Origin: Eledone cirrhosa
Lineage: Eukaryota
DNA: 64,000 nucleotides
Assembly (NCBI GenBank): GCA_964016885.1
Contig: OZ024741.1
Span: forward strand, 401,512,001-401,576,000
Direction: 5' to 3'
A program made the position numbers and the translations under genes. The notes below the pieces were generated by a model. The model was not told where the DNA came from. It saw only the letters and a list, made by a program, of their open reading frames with translations, and did not search any database. Positions 61,301-64,000 of the stretch are shown one piece after another; within the stretch, counting starts at the first letter, position 1, and each line of letters starts with the position of its first letter.

Positions 61301-62942
61301 GTTATAATGAAAATTAATTAGAATTTTCTATTGTTATAATATTTTTCTATTAAATACGTAATTTTGTAGCATTTTAGACATTATTGGAATTTAACTCTAT
61401 AATCTATGGTTCTGTTCTTTCAATCTTACTTTACAATTTTTATGATAAAATGTTATCTCCTTCCTCATAGCAACAACACCAGTAGCAACAACAACAATGT
61501 TACCAACTACCACACCTCTTGCAACAAGTATGTATAAACTATCATTATTCAATATATATTAAAGTCAATACAACTTGTATATAAATTATACATGAAGATA
61601 TAGAAAATATATTATGATATAGAAAATACAAATTTTTCTTCTCTGTATGTTAAAATATGGAATTTTATTTTATTTTTATTTCAGCCACAACTATTCCAAC
61701 AACAACACTACAACAGACAACACAAACAGGTAACATATTTCTGATTAATAAAATTATCTGACATGTAAGAAATCATGATAATAATTATGAAAATATTTTT
61801 CCATTGTGTTTTATTTCTAATTATTTTGTAGAATCATGGTGTGTAGCTAATGATGGTTTGGAAGATGTTTCATTAATAAGATCCTGGGATATTAAATTGT
61901 CAAGCAATGAGGAAAATCCAGATGTTATTAGACCTGGAAACAAAGGATGGAGACCTGCTATAGATGATAAGAAACTTACAGTAACTATGTTTGTTGGTGA
62001 CTCTTTAAGATATGGTGCATCTATTCATCTCTTACGATTTAAAGGTGTTGAGAAGTTTGATGTTATTCTAACTGGTGAAGAGGTTAAAAGATTTAAGGTA
62101 AGTTTTAATTAATTTAAATTTTTACAAGAATTTTGATATCTTTCAAAATCATTTGATGTTAAGAAATTTTAGTAAGTGACATAACTCTAGATCTAAATAT
62201 AATTTGTTTTAAAAGCTTCTTAAAACCTTTTTGATACCAAACCACCTGAAACTGCTCCTGGATCTACTAGAAAAGTATTTATATCAATGTGTTTATATTC
62301 ATATATTCATGTCAAGACATTCTAATATAATTCTGTGTAGAAATCTTTGTTAATTTATGTTTCCAACAACAGATGAATAATGAGAATATTATGTATCTTA
62401 TTAAATCTAAATCACTTTAAACATTTGATAATATTCTAAATTGTTTAATAACATCAGACAATACCTTTTATAAGAAATATGATATTAGCTCTCTTAATCA
62501 ATAGAATAATAATAAATATTGATTTCAATTTATTGGTATACTTTAAACACTAGGCACAATATTTACAATATTTACAGTAATAATTGTTTCTACTTTTGGC
62601 ACAAGGCCAGCAATTACCAATACATTACTGGTACTTTATTTTATCGACCCCGTAAGGATGAAAGGCAAAGTTAACCTCGGCGGGATTTGAACTCAGATCA
62701 TAAAGGAACGTAACTCTATGCTTCAAAGCATGGTGTCCGACTCTCTACCGATACTGCCAAATGTTTTATCTTACACTATGATATCTTTATTTTTTTATCT
62801 TCCCAGAATAATGCCAAAAATGATATCGTTAGAATTCCATTTGGTACAACATCAGACACAGTTAAAATCCACTTTATTCCGGTTGCACCTAATTGTAAAA
62901 TGATAATTACAGTATCTTTCATAGGATGTTTTGAATCAGGGT
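3811..62942 (+). CDS. Partial multi-exon gene (42 exons traced, ~2,100 aa in window): mucin/SCO-spondin/hemolectin-like secreted glycoprotein with LDLa + 11 discoidin(F5/8C)-like domains alternating with PTS linkers
   Basis: Every exon is bounded by AG/GT, intron phases are compatible (2,1,1,0,1,1,0,1...), and the joined frame has no stops. The A-B-C-D exon order repeats. Domain family is assigned from motif pattern (N-terminal Cys, SS, GW.P..DD, C-terminal GC), not from an HMM search. Confidence 0.85.
4010..4380 (-). mobile_element. Old LINE (RTE-like) 3' fragment
   Basis: [35 protein letters not shown]; related + strand copy at ~19670-20000. Confidence 0.65.
5389..5430 (+). CDS. Small linker exon ([14 protein letters not shown])
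   Basis: Pyrimidine tract + ttttag| ... aaag|gtttgt, 42 nt, phase 1-1. Alternative in-frame acceptor at 5400/5401. Confidence 0.6.
6524..6804 (+). CDS. Domain 1 exon A (divergent discoidin-like N-half)
   Basis: tttcag| [14 protein letters not shown]...ASSYN...[22 protein letters not shown]...KTYK |gtaatt; homologous to later A exons. Confidence 0.85.
7561..7770. mobile_element. piggyBac-type MITE
   Basis: TTAA|CCCTTTA ... TAAAGGG|TTAA. Family copies at 16901-17200, ~24805-25029 (and in each type-1 unit) and ~49615-49837. Confidence 0.85.
7808..7934 (+). CDS. Domain 1 exon B
   Basis: ttttag| [42 protein letters not shown] |gtaagt; phase 0-1. Confidence 0.8.
8080..8233. repeat. (TCTG/TCTA)n microsatellite
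   Basis: Direct reading; resumes at 14343-14560. Confidence 0.95.
8234..10285 (+). mobile_element. L1/Tx1-like LINE copy 1, truncated at both ends (RT, CCHC finger)
   Basis: [44 protein letters not shown]. Has 18-bp and 9-bp deletions and a frameshift relative to copy 2. Confidence 0.92.
10286..14342 (+). mobile_element. L1/Tx1-like LINE copy 2: probable ORF1 tail, ORF2 (10643-14080, APE-RT-CCHC) with one in-frame TGA at 11672, 3' UTR with AATAAA
   Basis: [33 protein letters not shown]; the 10619 and 11738 ORFs are in the same frame. Confidence 0.93.
14570..14950 (+). mobile_element. 3' fragment of a related Tx1-like subfamily
   Basis: [14 protein letters not shown]...[12 protein letters not shown] + 3' UTR + aataaagaaa. 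Confidence 0.85.
15628..15678 (+). CDS. Thr/Pro linker exon ([17 protein letters not shown])
   Basis: tttatag| 51 nt |gttagt, phase 1-1. Confidence 0.75.
16382..16484. repeat. Near-perfect palindrome (~51-bp arms) between (TA)n tracts
   Basis: ggaaaagaatgactttacttgtag...tttata t tataaa...ctacaagtaaagtcattcttttcc. Confidence 0.9.
16901..17200. mobile_element. piggyBac-type MITE with internal duplication
   Basis: TTAACCCTTTA...TAAAGGGTTAA. Confidence 0.85.
17240..17510 (+). mobile_element. tRNA-derived SINE, second family (CORE/V-like ttcttgagcaagacac motif)
   Basis: tggcctagaggta / gggttcaattcc boxes. Relatives at ~4520-4650, 22552-22700 (+) and ~45400-45750 (-). Confidence 0.7.
17540..17800 (+). 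mobile_element. RTE 3' fragment (same family as 1540-3039)
   Basis: Aligns with 2780-3040. Confidence 0.85.
17967..18235 (+). CDS. Domain 2 exon A (type 1)
   Basis: ctgtag| [12 protein letters not shown]...[17 protein letters not shown]...NKKYM |gtaagt, 269 nt. Confidence 0.9.
20127..20262 (+). CDS. Domain 2 exon B
   Basis: taccag| [13 protein letters not shown]...[18 protein letters not shown] |gtaagt, 136 nt. Confidence 0.9.
21164..22424 (+). mobile_element. 5'-truncated RTE LINE, near-identical to 31591-32811
   Basis: Same 286-aa C-terminus (one aa difference), same 3' UTR and (GAT)n tail. Confidence 0.95.
23001..23030 (+). CDS. Short linker exon D variant ([10 protein letters not shown])
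   Basis: ttttag| 30 nt |gtatga, phase 1-1. Confidence 0.8.
23188..23420 (-). mobile_element. Old LINE C-terminal fragment in D-A intron, copied in every type-1 unit
   Basis: GYAHRHPE...[21 protein letters not shown]; copies at 26326, 32822, 36607, 40392. Confidence 0.7.
23661..23929 (+). CDS. Domain 3 exon A (type 1)
   Basis: Copy of exon A with AG/GT. Confidence 0.9.
24551..24686 (+). CDS. Domain 3 exon B
   Basis: Copy of exon B with AG/GT. Confidence 0.9.
25199..25255 (+). CDS. Unit 3 linker exon C ([19 protein letters not shown])
   Basis: tctcacag| 57 nt |gtatgt. Confidence 0.85.
26124..26168 (+). CDS. Unit 3 linker exon D ([15 protein letters not shown])
   Basis: tttcag| 45 nt |gtatga. 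Confidence 0.85.
26799..27067 (+). CDS. Domain 4 exon A
   Basis: +3138 copy. Confidence 0.9.
27689..27824 (+). CDS. Domain 4 exon B
   Basis: +3138 copy. Confidence 0.9.
28337..28393 (+). CDS. Unit 4 exon C
   Basis: +3138 copy. Confidence 0.85.
29262..29306 (+). CDS. Unit 4 exon D
   Basis: +3138 copy. Confidence 0.85.
29452..32811 (+). mobile_element. RTE-clade LINE, near full length, uninterrupted ORF
   Basis: Absent from sister units, so the empty site is visible; (GAT)n tail. Confidence 0.96.
29502..32510 (+). CDS. RTE ORF: APE endonuclease + reverse transcriptase with inserted Cys/His zinc-finger-like motif (1002 aa)
   Basis: VQETRW, AYAPQ, GDFNGH, QLDFIL, SQHSLV; [22 protein letters not shown]; CSVC...[12 protein letters not shown]...CSSC. 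Confidence 0.93.
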   Translation: MKGRAGEIVEMLERKEVDVCCVQETRWRGGSARVLVGKSQCYKFFWVGNDDGMGGVGILLADKWVDKVISVYRVNARIIKLRLVLNKTITTIISAYAPQSGLPDELKDRFYESLIHTTALTDDKDFLIIAGDFNGHIGKHCDGFNRVHGGHGVGTRNEEGFRLLEFCDANDMSICNTNFKKPDNHLITYRSGEHSSQLDFILIRGRDRWTVVNTKAFPSEECTSQHSLVVSDLTVRTRRALKQRPTWRRKIWKLKVPSTSNRFKDILLNAYDSKEEQIETFNVEENWEFLKNNLLEATDEVCGWSKTSSRRRVTWWWNNKVDEAVKAKRQAWKEWKNGGSRVHYIETKREARRQVYLARREAEDRKFKHVLQREDQKQEVFKIARQCVRDSCDVIGEKCIRNDKGELALTSAEKKDAWKSHYDRLLNEENAWEEETLPHVDPIEGPAVQVSGSVVSKAIRDMKIGKATGPSGIAAEMLKASGSVGHTITTRIVNQVILEGAIPKDWCSSIIVNCYKGKGDALDRGNYRGIKLMDQVMKVTERVIAQLIRDRVNIDEMQFGFVPGKGTTDALFLVRQLQEKYLAKSKPLYLAFVDLEKAFDRVPRAVIWWALRKLGVDEWLVKAVQAMYRGAVSKVRIGNEYSEEFSVQVGVHQGSVLSPLLFIIVLQAITEEFKTGCPWELLYADDLALIAESMVELENKFQTWKQGLERKGLKVNMTKTKVLISRRENRTQIPSGKWPCSVCRKGVGRNSILCPKCKQWVHKRCSGISGSLIKNVGFTCSSCAETASKQPQETSTTNLWEGPVETVDSFCYLGDRISNGGGCSESTITRVRTGWKKFRELLPLLAAKGFSLRMKGRLYDACIRTAMLHGSETWALKVEDLRRLERNEACMLRWMCNSNIRERQSINELRERLSIRGIKCCVQERRLRWYGHVMRMKDDSCIKRCRALEVDGNRGVGRPKMTWDEVIKADLTQLHLSKSMTHDRDFWRHAVIQGTRPPMGTC
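33295..33563 (+). CDS. Domain 5 exon A
   Basis: Copy with one L>V change (actgta). Confidence 0.9.
34123..34765 (+). mobile_element. 5'-truncated RTE (second family), 4-bp AATA duplication
   Basis: [12 protein letters not shown]...GRPRKTW, 3' UTR, (GAT)n; accounts for the 647-bp unit length difference. Confidence 0.9.
34832..34967 (+). CDS. Domain 5 exon B
   Basis: Copy with AG/GT. Confidence 0.9.
35480..35536 (+). CDS. Unit 5 exon C
   Basis: Copy with AG/GT. Confidence 0.85.
36405..36449 (+). CDS. Unit 5 exon D
   Basis: Copy (S>T variant). Confidence 0.85.
37080..37348 (+). CDS. Domain 6 exon A
   Basis: +3785 copy. Confidence 0.9.
37908..38550 (+). mobile_element. Duplicate of the 34123 RTE fragment (copied with unit 6)
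   Basis: Identical junctions. Confidence 0.9.
38617..38752 (+). CDS. Domain 6 exon B
   Basis: +3785 copy. Confidence 0.9.
39265..39321 (+). CDS. Unit 6 exon C
   Basis: +3785 copy. Confidence 0.85.
40190..40234 (+). CDS. Unit 6 exon D
   Basis: +3785 copy. Confidence 0.85.
40865..41133 (+). CDS. Domain 7 exon A
   Basis: Copy with AG/GT. Confidence 0.9.
41174..41640 (+). mobile_element. Tx1-like 3' fragment with 19-bp TSD
   Basis: TSD ctatctttattttctcagc at 41155-41173 and 41641-41659; [12 protein letters not shown]...GPSLFISL*. Confidence 0.92.
42237..42372 (+). CDS. Domain 7 exon B
   Basis: Copy with AG/GT. Confidence 0.9.
42885..42941 (+). CDS. Unit 7 exon C
   Basis: Copy with AG/GT. 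Confidence 0.85.
43810..43854 (+). CDS. Unit 7 exon D
   Basis: tttcag| 45 nt |gtaaca; followed by the short type-2 intron. Confidence 0.85.
43959..44224 (+). CDS. Domain 8 exon A (type 2)
   Basis: ttgtag| [24 protein letters not shown]...[16 protein letters not shown]...VKGFR |gtaagt, 266 nt. Confidence 0.9.
44686..45139. repeat. 75-bp minisatellite x6
   Basis: aaatatttccaccattgtaacacttctgcctgtaaaatatagttgacataaaatgtttatgtataacagataaca. Confidence 0.95.
46117..46252 (+). CDS. Domain 8 exon B (type 2)
   Basis: acctag| [45 protein letters not shown] |gtaagt. Confidence 0.88.
46330..46700 (-). mobile_element. CR1/Jockey-group LINE fragment (EN-RT linker)
   Basis: [20 protein letters not shown]...DVN......I..AC...VP. 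Confidence 0.65.
47180..48165 (+). mobile_element. Internally deleted RTE/BovB-like element (5' UTR + APE stub fused to C-terminus with C2H2 finger)
   Basis: [21 protein letters not shown]...HGV; [23 protein letters not shown]; [21 protein letters not shown]. Confidence 0.8.
48840..48896 (+). CDS. Unit 8 exon C
   Basis: ctcatag| [19 protein letters not shown] |gtatgt. Confidence 0.85.
49059..49103 (+). CDS. Unit 8 exon D
   Basis: tttcag| 45 nt |gtaaca. Confidence 0.85.
49208..49473 (+). CDS. Domain 9 exon A (type 2)
   Basis: ttgtag| 266 nt |gtgagt. Confidence 0.9.
50250..50900 (+). mobile_element. Degenerate RLE-type (CRE-like) non-LTR retrotransposon 3' fragment
   Basis: C.C...LD..G.H..SC, RH..LN, KR.DG, WDVTV.D, K..KY, F.PVAFE..G; related relic at ~48170-48450. 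Confidence 0.75.
51091..53125 (-). mobile_element. CR1-like LINE 3' end containing an internal 61-bp tandem array
   Basis: Minus strand [29 protein letters not shown], 3' UTR and (TTA)n tail; same UTR at 5953-6120. Confidence 0.8.
51275..53080. repeat. 61-bp minisatellite (~29 copies, some 69-bp variants)
   Basis: ggttttaaaggatgcagtgtctcgacagctaacaactgatgcaggtagtttgttccatgga. Confidence 0.97.
53514..53649 (+). CDS. Domain 9 exon B
   Basis: cccag| [13 protein letters not shown]...[18 protein letters not shown] |gtaagt. Confidence 0.88.
53905..54200 (+). mobile_element. RTE 3' UTR fragment (family of 29452-32811)
   Basis: Aligns to 32505-32790; another fragment at ~22720-22890. Confidence 0.85.
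54260..57487 (+). mobile_element. Degenerate near full-length RTE LINE (second family): stops, two internal deletions, duplicated 3' UTR segment
   Basis: APE and RT motifs; stops at 55482 and 56862; ORF end joined to UTR at ~57050; 3' UTR matches the 34123 copy. Confidence 0.92.
57556..57591 (+). CDS. Unit 9 exon C (shortened, 36 nt)
   Basis: ctcacag| [12 protein letters not shown] |gtatgt. Confidence 0.8.
57765..58625 (+). CDS. Unit 9 exon D expanded into 287-codon PTS mucin domain ((T)2-4[P]QP repeats)
   Basis: Same acceptor and donor context as the 45-nt D exons; 861 nt is a multiple of 3; ACA/CCA/CAA codons. Confidence 0.88.
58727..58992 (+). CDS. Domain 10 exon A (type 2)
   Basis: ttgtag| 266 nt |gtaagt. 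Confidence 0.9.
59478..59657 (-). mobile_element. Deu/Nin-like SINE (minus); more at 59897-60083, 60733-60921 and duplicates at 62583-62760, 63004-63188, 63840-64000
   Basis: Reverse complement of the 3610-3800 SINE. Confidence 0.8.
59702..59837 (+). CDS. Domain 10 exon B
   Basis: tcccag| 136 nt |gtaagt. Confidence 0.88.
60180..60722. mobile_element. Degenerate TIR element (~60-bp imperfect inverted ends); duplicate at 63285-63827
   Basis: aatgagaaaagtcatctctagaacagccattaaa...tgtcaaag vs ctttgacaa...tttaacggctgttgtagcaatggcttttgtcatt. Confidence 0.55.
61008..61251. repeat. Foldback element with ~110-bp inverted arms
   Basis: aattagaaagtgaacaacacaaaatataactactccattaccaaaggtttctggatc ... gatccagaaacctttggtaatggagtagttatattttgtgttgttcactttctaatt. 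Confidence 0.9.
61471..61527 (+). CDS. Unit 10 exon C
   Basis: ctcatag| 57 nt |gtatgt. Confidence 0.85.
61685..61729 (+). CDS. Unit 10 exon D
   Basis: tttcag| 45 nt |gtaaca. Confidence 0.85.
61832..62097 (+). CDS. Domain 11 exon A
   Basis: +3105 copy of domain 10 exon A. Confidence 0.9.
62807..62942 (+). CDS. Domain 11 exon B
   Basis: +3105 copy of domain 10 exon B. Confidence 0.88.
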
Positions 62943-64000
62943 GTAAGTATGAAATGATTTTATTGTTAATAATACCCTGGTAATAAATTATATATTCTAA
63001 TACTTGTTTCTACTTTTGACACAAGGCCAGCAATTATCCCAGTGTATTACTGGTACTTTATTTTATTGACCCTGTAAGGATGAAAGGCAAAGTTAACATC
63101 GGCGGGATTTGAGCTCAGACCATAAAGGGCCGTAACTCTTTGCTACAAAGCATGGTATACGACCCTCTACCGATACTGCCAATCCACCGATGTTTTGTTG
63201 TCTGTAGATTATTACATCCAAAACAATAATAATTATAACAACATTGTCTCTGATTGAAATGAAGCAAGAGTGTAATTGAATACATAATGAGAAAAGTCAT
63301 CTCTATAACAGCCATTAAAACAGCTAAATACTGTCAAAGCTATGATTAGCTTTCTATTTAGGACAGAGACCACAGCTTGAGGTCCTTTATCCCATTATTT
63401 TATTTCCTTTGTTTTCTTTTGTCTTTCTATCTGTGCTGTTTGTTTTATCAGACACACATCATACCAACAGAAAGATTTATATTTCTGTTGCACAATCCAG
63501 CGTTTTAAAATGATACTCTCAATTAAACCGTGCAAAACCATTTTGCTGGTTTGAGAGCTGATGAAGCTGAAGATGTATGTGTAAACTTGTCTTGTACATC
63601 ACCTTTCTTTCCTTTTTCCAGTCAATTCTGTACACCAGTGTACTTCTCCTTGTCCTCCTTCACTTTCATTCTTTTCTATATTACATCTACCTGTCACTCA
63701 CCTTATGGATTATCTCTCTATTGACCACTAGCCGCTGGTCTCTGTCCTCTGAGTCATTTTTACCTATCGCTGTCTTTGACAACATCCACTTGTTTAACGG
63801 CTGTTGTAGCAATGGCTTTTGTCATTTTTATATATAATAATTGTTTCTACTTTTGGCACAAGGCCAGCAAATACCCAGTACATTACTGGTACTTTATTTT
63901 ATCGACCCCGTAAGGATGAAAGACAAAGTTAACCTCGGCGGCATATGAACTCAGATCATAATGGGAGGTAACTCTATGCTTCAAAGCATGGCGTCCGACC

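Larger units (their letters stand above)
58610..64000 (+). repeat. Second tandem array (type-2 units, 3105-bp period), running off the window
   Basis: 58727.. vs 61832.. near-identical including intronic SINEs. Confidence 0.92.

Overview
AT-rich, intron-rich animal genomic DNA. The SINE, RTE and MITE content is reminiscent of octopus/cephalopod DNA; that is my recognition, not a database result. The window is the interior of one very large + strand gene whose start and stop lie outside it. I traced 42 GT-AG exons that splice into one open frame of about 6.3 kb (about 2,100 aa). It encodes a Cys-rich stub plus an LDL-receptor class A module, then 11 tandem ~135-aa discoidin/F5-8 type C-like domains. 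Each domain is split over two exons (A and B) and separated by Thr/Pro-rich mucin linker exons (C and D); one D exon has expanded to 861 nt of (T)nQP repeats. The 4-exon module has phase-1 introns at both ends and has been amplified recently with its introns, as near-identical units of 3138, 3785 and 3105 bp in two subtypes. Introns hold non-LTR retrotransposons (several RTE families including one uninterrupted 1002-aa ORF, an L1/Tx1-like family in TATC/TGTC microsatellites, CR1-like and CRE/RLE-type relics), tRNA-derived SINEs, piggyBac-type MITEs, foldback elements and minisatellites. One minisatellite is clearly derived from a CR1 ORF2 3' end.
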